Of a stretch of DNA of 64,000 bases, positions 36,976-50,365 are shown in pieces. Positions within the stretch are counted from its first letter, which is position 1. Every line of letters starts with the position of its first letter. The notes below the pieces were generated by a model. It did not search any database, was not told the DNA's origin, and saw only the letters and a program-made list of their open reading frames with translations. The stretch comes from Octopus vulgaris (Eukaryota), in the NCBI GenBank assembly GCA_951406725.2, contig OX597818.1, positions 15,500,001-15,564,000 on the forward strand, given 5' to 3'. Position numbers and translations under genes: made by a program.

Positions 36976-38891
36976 CTGAAATTGATAATTGGTCACAGTA
37001 TGAATTTAAAATGCTGTTTTCACAAAATTTAGTGGTAATACTTTTTGAGTAAATATTTCTGGGTTTTTTTTTAAGGACAGTAGATTGGCAAAATTGTTAG
37101 AAACTTGGACAAAAATTCTTGAAGTATTTAGTTACTATTGTACATGAGTTGACCTGCACAGCAGACAAATATATCAATGAGGCATCTAGCCTCACTTTGA
37201 TACACTAGCCTCGCTTTGATACAATAGCCTCATTCTGAGCTACACTGTAGAAACAGCCTTAGTTCCTGCCAGGCTTTGGTAAAAGACACATGTCTTCTCT
37301 GCAGCTCCATGCGCAATCTCCCATGTGTGACTCTCATGTCTAGTCACCTCTACACAAGATATATGGTTCATAAATGAGGGTATTTTATCACACACACATT
37401 CTCAAAATGACTGTTCTTGTTACACACATGCATACAAACTGTAATACAAATATTACATGTTACTTCCTTCAGTGCAAAAGCAAGAATCAAAATTTTCTTT
37501 GTATGTAAACACACACGTTTTTGTATCATACTATATGCTTCCACTACAAAAAGTGAACACAGAATAAACAATATATTTATACACAAAAATGTGTTATGGT
37601 GATTGATACTAACTGTTTTTTCATTTGGTAACATGCACTTGAACAGCCAACGACAGCCACTATAAAATGGTGTCCCTGACGTGATTCGAACATGCAACCT
37701 TCTACATTCTTATTTCAAATCCCACCAGGGTTCACTTAGTTTTTCACTTGTCTTAGGTCTCTAAAATATTGAATTAGATCCTGGGATTGATATAATCAAC
37801 TATTTTCTCTCCATAAAATCTTTGGCTTTAATCTCATGCTTAAAAACCAATGTAAGTGAGATTTTGTTTGTTCTAGAACAGAATCAGAACAAGTAGATAT
37901 AGTTAGGGTAAAAAGCACATAAAAAGAGTAATTTCTAATAACTTAAGCACAATACAATAAATTTGGGAGAGAACAGAGTTGACTTGATTGATCTCAATAC
38001 TTGACTCATACTTATATCTATTGACTCTTAAAAAAGAAAAGGCAAAGACTACCTTGGCAAGATTTGAATTCAAAACATCAAAGAAATGTAATCTAGACTC
38101 CACAAAACATTTAAATTGAAACTCTTTTTTCACTCTAGGCACAAGGCCCAAAATTTTTTGGGAAGGGAGCCAGTTGATTAGATCGACCCCATTATGCAAC
38201 TGCTACTTAATTCATTGACCCCAAAAGGATGAAAGGTAAAGTTGACCTTGGTGGAATTTGAACTCAGAACATAAAGACAGATGAAATACCACTAAGCATT
38301 TCACCTGGTGTACTAACATTTCTGCCAGCTCACCAACTTATTTAAATATTCTTTAGATTCTTCCATCTAGTGTTCTCGTGCTAGAGATCATAAAGACAGA
38401 AAATCTCTTATGATAAACTTTGTTGTGTACATGTATGTATGTGTGTCATTATTCAGTTTATTTCAAGATTTCTTGCCAATAGAGAAAAAACGGTTTCTAA
38501 CCTAGATCCAAGGCTCCTTCCTGGAATTTCAACATCAACAACAGGGTATTTCGTTTGTATGTATGTATGTGTGTATGTGCAGATTTGTATGTGTTATGTA
38601 TGTATTCTCATGCATATATTTGCATGTCTAGGCATGCTTATATATATTTAAATGATAAACTTCTGAAAAGTTTTACAAATTTTTACAGTTCCAATGATAG
38701 ATTAGATCTATAGTCTTCAAATTAGCATTCTCCTGTCTGATTTTGAGAAGCCTAATTTCTCAAGATTGGTATTTATGCAGTGTATTACTTATCCCAGGGC
38801 CCCAATAATTACAGGTATAAACCTGAACTTGTAATCTGGATAGAGTAACTAATGACTGAAACAAGTAAAAGATAAAAGATATATATATATA

Positions 38892-39243
38892 GGCGCAGGA
38901 GTGGCTGTGTGGTAAGTAGCTTGCTAACCAACCACACGGTTGCGGGTTCAGTCCCACTGCGTGGCATCTTGGGCAAGTGTCTTCTGCTATAGCCCCGGGC
39001 CGACCAATGCCTTGTGAGTGGATTTGGTAGACGGAAACTGAAAGAAGCCTGTCGTATATATGTATATGTGTGTTTGTGTGTCTGTGTTTGTCCCCCTAGC
39101 ATTGCTTGACAACCGATGCTGGTGTGTTTATGTCCCCGTCACTTAGCGGTTCGGCAAAAAGAGACCGATAGAATAAGTACTAAAAGGTGGTGCTCCAGCA
39201 TGGCCGCAGTCAAATGACTGAAACAAGTAAAAGAGTAAAAGAG
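38892..39243 (+). mobile_element. SINE family A, young CpG-retaining copy
   Basis: GGCGCAGGAGTGGCTGTGTGG...GACTGAAACAAGTAAAAGAG. Confidence 0.9.
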
Positions 39244-39874
39244 TATATATATATATATACAAAAATGGGACAAGAACGCAAAACATCCAGAAAGTTAGGT
39301 GAAATAAAAATAAGAAAACAAGGACGGATCATTCAGAGTTTTCTATCCTCAGTCAAGGATATATATACAGTCAATAGGTGAGCTCTAGCGATGCTCAATA
39401 TAGAAAAAAAGGCATAAGTCATGAATATGAACAACTTTTAATATCTGTGAATTGCTGTCGCTTTTTCAAAGCAATTGAATCATATCCAATCCATAGGCTC
39501 ACCAATGATTTAATAAAAGAATTATAACAGATACCTTAACAATTAAATGAAGTTTTTACCGTTTTAAGCTCAATAAATGGTTAAAATGATTTGCATAAAA
39601 CTTTCCTTCCAATTTATTTATTTATTTGGAATTGATCTTTCAAAGTATGTTCAATAAACAATATTTTTGTTACCCTATTTCTGTTAAAATACAGTACTTT
39701 TGTTTCAATTGATTTTGGAAACCATGCAGAATTTAATAAAAAAAATTTTCTCATTATTCATTTGGTGTTTGGAATATAAGCTGACATGAAATTTTGAGAG
39801 GTTTTAATTCAAAATTTCATATTAATTTGTTCTAAATACCAGCTTCATAATGGGTAAAGATATCCTTCAGTCAT

Positions 39875-40180
39875 GAATGAGCATGGGATTGCACCTAGCA
39901 ATTTCCCCTCCAATGTACAAGTCCAGGCAAGATTGTTTTTGGAAGACCAGCAGTCACCCATGCATACCAACCACCTCTCTCCATGACACCAATGTTATCC
40001 AAGAGAAAGGCAAAGGCACCAGTGACATCGCAACCCATTTCTACAGCTGAGTGAACTGGAGCAACATGAAATAAAGTGTCTTGCTTAAGAACACAACACA
40101 CAGCCTGGTCTGGGAATTGAACTCACTACCTCTTGATTGTGAGCCTGACAGTTTAACCACTAAGCCACTTGCCTTCACAG
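39875..40180 (-). mobile_element. SINE family B
   Basis: Reverse complement of 47351-47692. Confidence 0.8.
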
Positions 40181-40512
40181 CTTGATGACAAAATTATTTT
40201 ACAAAATACTTCACTATTTTCAAAATTAATCGAAACAAAAACACTATTATATTGGTGCATTTTTCAAACACCAGTTTCAGCTTTTTATTTCAAAATTCCA
40301 TCATTTTCATGACAGGTATACTAGCAAATAAATTATATAGAGTTTCTTTATTTCTCAGTACAATTAAACGTTTTTGAAACATTTCTCTGTACTAAGCTAG
40401 TTACTGCAGTGCTAGTAAACAAGGACAAAGACTTAACTTCCTTTGATTAGTGAGAATCTAGAAATGTTCACTGTTGTCCCCTTTGCATGTTTGTTTGTTT
40501 TTGTTTTTTCTA

Positions 40513-40907
40513 GGCATAGGAGTGGCTGTGTGGTAAGTAGCTTGCTTACCAACCACATGGTTCCGGGTTCAGTCCCACTGCGTGGCACCTAGGGCAAATG
40601 TCTTCTACTATAACCTCGGGCTGACCAAATCTTGTGAGTGGATTTCGTAGATGGAAACTGAAAGAAGCCCGTCGTATATATGTATATATATATATATGTA
40701 TGTGTGTGTATATGTTTGTGTGTCTGTATTTGTCCCCTCAACATCACTTGACAACCGATGCTGGTGTTTTTACGTCCCCGTAACTTAGCAGTTCGGCAAA
40801 AAAGTCTGATAGAATAAGTACTAGGCTTACAAAGAATAAGTCTTGGGGTCGATTTGCTCAACTAAAGACGGTGCCACAGTCAAATGACTGAAACGAGTAA
40901 AAGAGAA
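40513..40907 (+). mobile_element. SINE family A
   Basis: Full head, body and tail. Confidence 0.9.
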
Positions 40908-41312
40908 TGATTTCAAATATAGGCATAAGGGCAGCAATTTTAAGAGAGGGGTAAGTCAATTACATCAACCCCAATTTCAAATGGTAGTTGTTTTATCATC
41001 CCAAAAGGATGAAAGGCAAAGTTGACCTGAGCAAAATTTGAACTCAGAACATAAAGGACTGTAAGAAATGCTGCTGAGCACTTTGTCCAATGTTCTTTTA
41101 TTCTTTTATTTATATTACTTGTTTCAGTCATTTGACTGCGGCTATGCTGGAGCACTGCCTTTAGTCGAGCAAATCGACCCAAGGACTTATTCTTTGTAAG
41201 CCTGGTACTTATTCTATCAGTCTTTTTTGCCAAACTTCTACGTTACAGAGTCATAAACACACCGGCATTGGTTGTCAAGCACAAACACAGACACACACAT
41301 AAATATATACAT

Positions 41313-41369
<57 letters not shown>

Positions 41370-43170
41370 TCTCTTATTATAAAAGGCAGATTTTATCTGC
41401 CTCCCTTTGGGAGTTATACAAATCTACAATATAGGATTTCTTCAATTACAATTTACCTAGCAGTTTTGAGAGTACAATGCATCGCGTCATGCCAGGTCCA
41501 GTTTTTAAAATTTAAACTCCAATTAAGCAAAATTTACAGAAAACTCACATTCTGGTGTGTGTGTCAAATGCTTTTCTTAGTCTGGTTTACACCACACGCA
41601 AACGCACACACACAGTGGGCAACGAATAAAATGAAAGTAAATAGCGACAGAGAGATTTGAGGAAGACTAAAGTGAAAGTATTCTGTCCATGACGCTGATA
41701 GATACATGAGTAAAATGTATGGGAAGCTAAGAGCTAAGAGTGAGTGAAAATGTTCTTGGAAGAGAGTAATTAGTAATAAAGTAAACATACACTCATACAT
41801 ACATACATACATACATACATACATACACACACACACATACACACACACACACATACATACATACACACATACATACATACACACATACATACATACATAC
41901 ATATACATACATACATACATATACATACATACATACACACACACACATACACACACACACAGTATTGAAGCTTGAGAACAATCAGATACATTTGCAACAC
42001 ATCTGTTGAAAATATTATTGTTCACACACATACATATACATATATACATACAGACAGACAGACAGATAGACACACACACACACACACACACACACATGAT
42101 CCAGCATGGCCACAACCTCAAGGCTGAAACATATAAAAGAATAACAGAATATAAATGTGTGCAAAGTACAAGAAATATTAATGCAGTATATGGGGATTGG
42201 ACAATAAGCGTAAGGCAGTGTCAATGGTGGTTCCAGAAATCCCGAGCCATAAACTACAGCCTAGAAGACGAGCCTCATCCTGAAAGATCTGTAGAACTCG
42301 ACAAGGACATCCTGAAAACCCTGGTGGAACAAAATCTCATCGTAACTGTTGAGGAACTAGCAGAGAAGCTTGGATTTGGTCATTCAACCATTCATTGACA
42401 CCTGTGTGCTATCGGAAAAGTCAGCAAATTGGGTCAATGGGTTCCTCACGAACTTTCCGAGTCTAATTGCATGCAGAGAGTGAATGTATGCTTTTCTTTG
42501 CTGTCATATCTCACCACTACTGCGCTATGTATATCTATATATATATAAAACTGTAGTTGTGTGAGTGTCTGTCCCCTTCGATTTAGATTCCTAACTACTC
42601 CCACATTTTGCGGTACAGTTTAACCAAATTCGGGTAGCTTGTAGTCGTGATTCATATCGAGCCCGTCTGAATATTAGCGCGCGTCTACGATGAGTCTACG
42701 ATTTTGAAAATAATTTAACATCATTTTTTATTCCATTTTAATGCATAATTTTTCGTGTGTCGATGGCGGCGGAGTTGGCGTCCACGCTCACACCTGCACC
42801 TGTGGGGAAGGGAGTGTAAGGAAATCAACGTCGTAATGCGTTGTCAAGGAGACCAGTGTTCTTTTAGAACAACGACTTCATGGCTTGAAGACACCAAAAC
42901 AGAAATGGCTAAGAAAGCGTCTACATGAGTCTACGATTTAAAAAAAAATTTACCATCGTTTTTTTTCCATTTTAATGCATTTTTTCGCTATTATATAAGG
43001 GAAGTAACTCTCTAAAAATGTCTACGATGAGTCAACGATTTTTAAAAAATTTACCATCATATTTTTTCCATTTTTAATGCATTTTTTGCTATTTTTTGGC
43101 TATAACTCTCTAAAAATGCTTATATAGTTATTTCCTTACAAACCCGAGCAACGCCGGGCGATACTGCTAG
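41370..43170 (+). mobile_element. Composite Helitron, copy 1, with captured microsatellite and mariner fragment
   Basis: 5' A|TCTCTTATTATAAAAGGCAG; internal second 5' end TCTATATATATAAAACTG at 42534; 3' CCCGAGCAACGCCGGG hairpin plus CTAG. Confidence 0.8.
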
Positions 43171-43594
43171 TCTTATTATAAAAGGCAGATTTTATCTGCC
43201 TCCCTTTGGGAGTTATACAAATCTACAATATAGGATTTCTTCAATTACAATTTACCTAGCAATTTTAAGAGTACAATGCATCGCGTCATGCCAGGTCCAG
43301 TTTTTAAAATTTAAACTCCAATTAAGCAAAATTTACAGAAAACTCACATTCTGGTGTGTGTGTCAAATGCTTTTTTTAGTCTGGTTTACACCACACGCAA
43401 ACGCACACACACAGTGGGCAACGAATAAAGTGAAACTAGATGTAATATTTGTTTCTCTCTATCACGCTGATAGATACATGAGTAAAATGTATGGGAAGCT
43501 AACACATAAGTGTGAGTGAAAATGTTCTTGGAAGAGAGTAAATAGCCAGAGATAGTGATTTGAGGAACACTCATACATACATACATACATACAT

Positions 43595-43631
<37 letters not shown>

Positions 43632-43688
43632 TACATACATACACACACACATACATACATACACACATACATACATACATACATACAT

Positions 43689-43719
<31 letters not shown>

Positions 43720-45078
43720 TACACACACACACAGTATTGAAGCTTGAGAACAATCAGATACATTTGCAACACATCTGTTGAAAATATTATTGTTCACACA
43801 CATACATATACATATATACATACAGACAGACAGACAGATAGACACACACACACACACACATGATCCAGCATGGCCACAACCTCAAGGCTGAAACATATAA
43901 AAGAATAACAGAATATAAATGTGTGCATGTGTGTGAGAGAGAGAGTGTGTGTGTATATGTATGTATGTATGTATGTATGTATATATATATAATAATGCGG
44001 TTTTTTCAACAGCTTGAACTAAAAGTCAGAGGGGAATGGGATAAACTACTTATATTAACTTGCTATAAAAGCAGGTAGTAATTTTATCTTGTCCTTATTC
44101 ATAGTGCAAGTTTTGAAGAGTGCATTTCGATTTTAACAGCTATTTTTTTCAAAGCTATATTGGAACAGCCTAGAAGACGAGCCTCATCCTGAAAGATCTG
44201 TAGAACTCGACAAGGACATCCTGAAAACCCTGGTGGAATAAAATCTCATCGTAACTGTTGAGGAACTAGCAGAGAAGCTTGGATTTGGTCATTCAACCAT
44301 TCATTGAGACCTGTGTGCTATCGGAAAAGTCAGCAAATTGGGTCAATGGGTTCCTCACGAACTTTCCGAGTCTAATTGCATGCAGAGAGTGAATGTATGC
44401 TTTTCTTTGCTGTCACATCTCACCACTACTGCGCTATGTATATCTATATATATAAAACTGTAGTTGTGTGAGTGTCTGTCCCCTTCGATTTAGATTCCTA
44501 ACTACTCCCACATTTTGCGGTGCAGTTTAACCAAATTCGGGTAGCTTATAGTCGTGATTCATATCGAGCCCGTCTGAGTATTAGCGCGCGTCTACGATGA
44601 GTCTACGATTTAAAAAATAATTTAACATCATTTTTTATTCCATTTTAATGCATAATTTTTCGTGTGTCGATGGCGACGGAGTTGGCGTCCACGCTCACAC
44701 CTGCACCTGTGGGGAAGGGAGTGTAAGGAAATCAACGTCGTAATGCGTTGTCAAGGAGACCAGCGTTCTTTTAGAACAACGACTTCATGGCTTGAAGACA
44801 CCAAAACAGAAATGGCTAAGAAAGCGTCTACATGAGTCTACGATTTAAAAAAAAATTTACCATCGTTTTTTTCCATTTTAATGCATTTTTTCGCTATTAT
44901 ATAAGGGAAGTAACTCTCTAAAAATGTCTACGATGAGTCAACGATTTTTAAAAAAATTTACCATCATATTTTTTCCATTTTTAATGCATTTTTTGCTATT
45001 TTTTGGCTATAACTCTCTAAAAATGCTTATATAGTTATTTCCCTTACAAACCCGAGCAACGCCGGGCGATACTGCTAG
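43171..45078 (+). mobile_element. Composite Helitron, copy 2, head-to-tail with copy 1
   Basis: Junction CTAG|TCTTATTATAAAAGG; ends CTAG|T; internal 5' end at 44443. Confidence 0.8.
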
Positions 45079-45093
45079 TATATATATATATAT

Positions 45094-45292
45094 AAATCAG
45101 AGAAAAACCACTATTATGCAATTCAAACAATGATAGACATAAACCAAATCATAAATAAAAAATAAGATATATTTTAAAACTTATAACTAGATCACATAGT
45201 TATATGTTTTAAAATATATCTTATTTTGAATTTATGATTTGGTTTATGTCTATCATTGTTTGAATTGCATAATAGTGGTTTTTCTCTAATTT
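45094..45292. mobile_element. Near-perfect ~200-bp palindromic MITE
   Basis: AGAGAAAAACCACTATTATGCAATTCAAACAATGATAGAC... mirrored by ...GTCTATCATTGTTTGAATTGCATAATAGTGGTTTTTCTCT; TA flanks. Confidence 0.85.
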
Positions 45293-45777
45293 ATATCTAT
45301 ATATATAAAACTGAGAATGTGTGTCTGTCTGTCTGTCTGTGCATGTTTACATTTGTTGTTAAATCAAGTATTGTATCCCACTATGTCTCAAAGTTGACAG
45401 TTCATCAAACAGAGATCTATAAAATAAATGCCAGATTGAAACACGTACCGAAGTACAGGATGAACAACTAAAGTTTTGAAGGTGATACCCCATCATGGCG
45501 ACAGTCGAAAGACTAAACCCAGTAAAATAATATTTAAAGACTTAATGGCTTCAAAATTATGCTAATGGATTACTAACCACAAGATGATGAGTTCAAAACT
45601 TCGTATTGAACTTCCTCTCTATATGCTAACTGTATATATACATCTCAGTCTACTTGACTTCCAACAATTAACAATTGTAATTTGAAGTTGAATGATAAGC
45701 AAGAAGAAAAATGTCCAGATTTCTTAAAAGATTATGGTGCAAAATATTCTGAGAATAAGTATTTTTTCCACCACAAC

Positions 45778-45815
<38 letters not shown>

Positions 45816-46191
45816 TATGTCTGTGATAACTTGAGCTACTACAAATAGCAGCCAAATCTCTCTTGAAACACACTCTATGCAATGAGTCTGCTACATCAGA
45901 GTCAACTCTGGGCTAAACAAAATACAGACAAATATACTTCACATTATAAGATTATCTACTAAATAATACTAATAAAGTTGATGGTATATCTTCATGTATT
46001 TTAAGCATCTTCTCATTATGATCTATGACATTGCTTATTCAGGCAGAGTTGCTGCCTTTAGTGCATAAAAACTTACTCTGTTTGGTAACGGAAAGATTAC
46101 TGAATCTTTTGATACCTCATACATTAAAATCAGCAACTCAGTTTTCAAATCCATAGATAACTTATGCACACACACACACACACTTAAACTC

Positions 46192-46231
<40 letters not shown>

Positions 46232-46470
46232 TTATTTCAATTTCTGTCTACCAAATCCACTCACAAGGCTTTGGTTGGCCCAAGGCTATAATAGAGGACA
46301 CTTGCCCAAGATGCCATGCAGTGAGACTGAACCAGGAACCATGTGGTTGGGAAACAAGTTACTTTGGTATAGATATGAATAGTTAGACAGGCTGACAGAC
46401 AGATGGAGACAGATACATCAGAGAAATCTACAATGGTATTTTTTTCTAAGTTAACAATAATGATACTTAC

Positions 46471-46587
46471 TTGGGTCACAGAAACATGTGTAATTGCCAT
46501 CCTTAGTAAATTGGCATGTACCATTATGGTAGCAGGGATCTGATATACAGGGATCAATACTAACAGAACAATTTTCTCCTTTATAAC
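46471..46587 (-). CDS. Exon 7: EGF
   Basis: GYKGENCSVSIDPCISDPCYHNGTCQFTKDGNYTCFCDP; phase 1 to 1. Confidence 0.95.
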
Positions 46588-46917
46588 CTGGGAAAAAAAA
46601 TTAGATTAATTAGTAATTTTGACATTCCAATTAAATATAGACACTTCTTCAGCTATCGGAAGCTATTCTAGAGAAGAGGAACACATTTGGAAGAGATGAC
46701 TTTCCAGGACATCTTGTATACTTGCTCATAGAATATTTATTTTACACTTTCATTGCAAGACAAATGAAAGTTTTTTAAGTACTAAGTATTTATTTTTCTT
46801 TTTAGTTTAGCTGCAAGTCATTCCTGATTTAACAAACATTGCAACTGAGATCATCTTGTATTTTCTTCAGGCAGAGTGTATTTAGAATTATATCATCCAA
46901 GATATTTAATGCGTTAG

Positions 46918-47315
46918 GACGGCAAGTAGGCAAAAACGTTAGCATGCCAGGTGAAATGCTTTGCGGTATTTCGTCTGCCGTTACAGTCTGAGTTCAAATT
47001 CCGCCGAGGTCGACTTTGCCTTTCATCCTTTCAGGGTTGATTAAATAAGTACCAGTTACGCACTGGAGTCGATATAAACGACTTAATCCGTGTGTCTGTC
47101 CTTGTTTGTCCCCTCTGTGTTTAGCCCCTTGTGGGTTGTAAAGAAATAGGTATTTCGTCTGTCTTTATGTTCTGAGTTCAAATTCTGCCGAGGTTGACTC
47201 TGCCTTTCATCCCTTCGGGATCGATAAATTAAGTACCAGTTGTGTACTGGGGCCGATCTAATCGACTGGCCCCCTCCTCCCAAAATTTAGGGCTTTGTGC
47301 CTAGAGTAGAAAAGA
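46918..47315 (+). mobile_element. SINE family D with duplicated core
   Basis: GAGTTCAAATTCYGCCGAGGTYGACTYTGCCTTTCATCC occurs twice (near 46990 and 47174). Confidence 0.8.
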
Positions 47316-47346
<31 letters not shown>

Positions 47347-47350
47347 AAGT

Positions 47351-47692
47351 GAAGGCGCATGGCTCAGTGGTTAGAGCGTCGAGCTTACGATCGTGAGGTT
47401 GTAAGTTCGAATCCCGGACCGGGCTGCGTGCTGTGTTCTTGAGCAAGACACTTTATTTCACGTTGCTCCAGTTCATTCAGCTGTAGAAATGAGTTGCGAC
47501 GCCACAGGTGCCAAGCTGTATCGACCTTTGTCTTTCCCTTGGATAACACTGGTGGCGTGGAGAGGGGAGGCCGGTATGCATGGGCGACTACTGGTCTTCC
47601 ATAAAAACAACCTTGCCCAGACTTGTGCCTCAGAGGGTAACTCTCTAGGTGCAAACCCATGGTCACTCATGACCGAAGGGGGTCTTTACCCT
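47351..47692 (+). mobile_element. SINE family B, young copy inserted in (ATT)n
   Basis: tRNA-like head GGCGCATGGCTCAGTGGTTAGAGCG..GTTCGAATCCC followed by a non-tRNA body. Confidence 0.9.
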
Positions 47693-47719
47693 TTATTATT
47701 ATTATTATTATTATTATTA

Positions 47720-47774
<55 letters not shown>

Positions 47775-47986
47775 GGCAGTGTGCTGGCAGAATCATTAAC
47801 ATATCAAGCAGTATGCTTAGCAGTATTTTGTGTCATTATGTTCTGAGTTCAAATTCTGCTGAGGTTGACTATGCCTTTCATCCTTTTGGGGTTAATAAAA
47901 TAAGTGCCAGTTGAGTATTAGAGTCAATACTATCCTCTTTCCCCAAAATTTCAGGCCCCTTGTTCCATTAGTAGAAAGGATTATTA

Positions 47987-48024
<38 letters not shown>

Positions 48025-48245
48025 TATCTTTCTCTCTCACTGGAATAAATCATCTAGTTCAGATCTGATGAGGAAAGGGCTCCAAAAGGTTTAAAAAGTA
48101 CCCAAGATACAACACATGTTACAACTGGTGTCCCTGCAACTCCTGATGAAGTATCAGGGGCACCAGTGTGATCTGTATATGCCTATATGTGTGTGTGCAC
48201 ATGCTTGCTTATGTATGTGTATATAAAAGAAAGCGATATAAATAC

Positions 48246-48329
48246 CTGGAAAGCAGTCACACTCATAATGATGTCTGACAACTAAACAATTACCATATTT
48301 ACAAGGATTTCTAACACAAATATCAGTCT
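48246..48329 (-). CDS. Exon 6: EGF
   Basis: ETDICVRNPCKYGNCLVVRHHYECDCFP; phase 1 to 1. Confidence 0.95.
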
Positions 48330-48389
48330 CTGAAATAGAAAAACAAAGTTCAGCATTTCCCAAATATCAAATGAACCTTTTTTTGTGAT

Positions 48390-48775
48390 CTTTATCTTTT
48401 ACTTGTTTCAGTCATTAGACAGCAGCCATGCTGGGACACCATCTGGAAGAATTTTTTGTCACATGAATTGACCCCAGCACTTAATTTTGTTAAGCCTGGT
48501 CCTTATTCTATCAGTCGCATTTGTTGAACTACTAAGTTATGGGGGAATTAAACACACCAACATCAGCTGTCAAGAGATGGTGGGGGGATAAAAACAAACA
48601 CAAAGACACACATAGATAGGAGTGGCTGTGTGGTAAGTAACTTGCTTACCAACTACGTGATTCTGGGTTCAGTCCTACTGTGTGTTATCTTGGGCAAGTG
48701 TTTTCTACTATAGCCTCAGGTCAACCAAAGCCTTGTGAGAGGATTTGGTAGAAAGAAACTGAAAGAAGCCTGTCG

Positions 48776-48829
<54 letters not shown>

Positions 48830-49035
48830 TGTATGTATGTATGTATGTGTGTGTTTGTCCCCCCACCATCGCTTGACAAACGATGTTGATGTGTTTATGT
48901 CCCTGTAACTTAGCAGATAGAATAAGTACTAGGCTAACAAAGAATACATCCTGGGGTCGATTTGTTTGACTAAAGACAGTGCTCCAGCATAGCCACAGTC
49001 AAATGACTGAAACAAATAAAAGAATAAAAGAAAAG
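48390..49035. mobile_element. Two family A SINEs in inverted orientation
   Basis: Minus-strand 3' half at 48390-48615 directly abuts a plus-strand full copy at 48616-49035. Confidence 0.8.
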
Positions 49036-50206
49036 AATATATATATATATATAAATATATACACTTTTACACACACACACACATATATATAAATGTGTGT
49101 GTGTGACAGTCTTCTTTCAGTTTCCATCTACTAAATCCACTTAGAAGGGGATTATAGTAGATTATCTACACCTCTAGCAGCTGTACAACATTGTGTGATA
49201 TACATAGTATTATAAGGGTTCTCAAACATTTTGGATCACAAAATTAGGAAAGCATATCTATGGTAAACAAAATTAGGAAAGCAAATCTATGGTAAACAAA
49301 ATTAATTAAATATGGAAGGCAGTATAGTGTTTAGCAGTAAGTTCAAATTTTCTGCATACCAGTATTTGTTATAGTTTTATAGTTTTCCAAGCTGTGGGTA
49401 TGAATAGATATCAAACTTTCTGGATGTGTTTGCTATGACAAATTGGTGTCCTAGAGAGTGCTAGAGGTATTTATCATTATTTTCACCTCACTCAGTTTCA
49501 AGCTAAATTCATACTTTATGAGTGTTTATGGATTAGTGTACCATTACATGAACAGCTGAAATGAGGACAGTTAACACAAGCTTATTTATTTATTTATTTT
49601 ATTTGGTTGAGATTGTTAAACCCTTTGCTTCCTATGGAGCATGGGCTATTGACAACTATTCTTTACTATTCTCAACTCTGAAATGTCATTTCTGCTTCTC
49701 TCTAGTTAGGTTACTGCATTTTCCTTTCAGATTTTGCTGCATGCTATCATATGTTACCCCAAGAAAAGGCCTTTCTCTTTCAGGTCTTGCTGGTTCTCAA
49801 TTGCCATCGATGCTTCTGTAACTTGCTTTCTCCTAGGTAGGGATGTTGGCCCTAAGCACACCCATTTTTTTCTCTGGGAAGAGGTGGTTTATATTAGCTT
49901 GGCCTCTATCCTATCCTTTGAGTTGTCCAGCATAGGAAACCTACAAGAGGCTTGGGCTCTGCTGGCATAGCTCTTAGGATTGCTTCTCTGCCAGGTTAAC
50001 GTAAGATACACTGCAACAAAGACTGGACTTTGTGGCGGATAATTTGTGAACCCAAACATAATGGTTATAGAGGTCCACCTGGTATATCTGGAACTACAGA
50101 TCTGTCGGTTACAACAGGCCAGTCAACTGATTACCTACATAGCACAAGCATGTTTAAGAGGCCACATAGTAACAACAATAATGGCAAAAACTGAAATCGG
50201 ACTCAC

Positions 50207-50365
50207 CTGAACAACCTGACCGTGATTTTGAACCAGGTTGACTTGTTTCATTATAGTAACAAGGAGTACACATGGTACTTTTGTGGAACATACTATAGGT
50301 ATTCTCAGGACATGTCTGACAGGGTGCATAACCAGTTGCAGAAAAGTAACCAGGATAACATTGGT
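50207..50365 (-). CDS. Exon 5: ephrin-receptor-like Cys repeat
   Basis: DQCYPGYFSATGYAPCQTCPENTYSMFHKSTMCTPC...GSKSRSGCS; phase 1 to 1. Confidence 0.95.

Noticed and set aside
47354-47425. tRNA-like sequence (also near 26050 and 52377)
   Set aside because: Has A and B boxes but no proper acceptor stem and continues into a repeated SINE body.
48065-48172. Two CTGATGA motifs and a hairpin near exon 6
   Set aside because: The first is followed by CCAAAAG rather than CGAAA and no NUH/stem I pairing was found; at best a decayed remnant.
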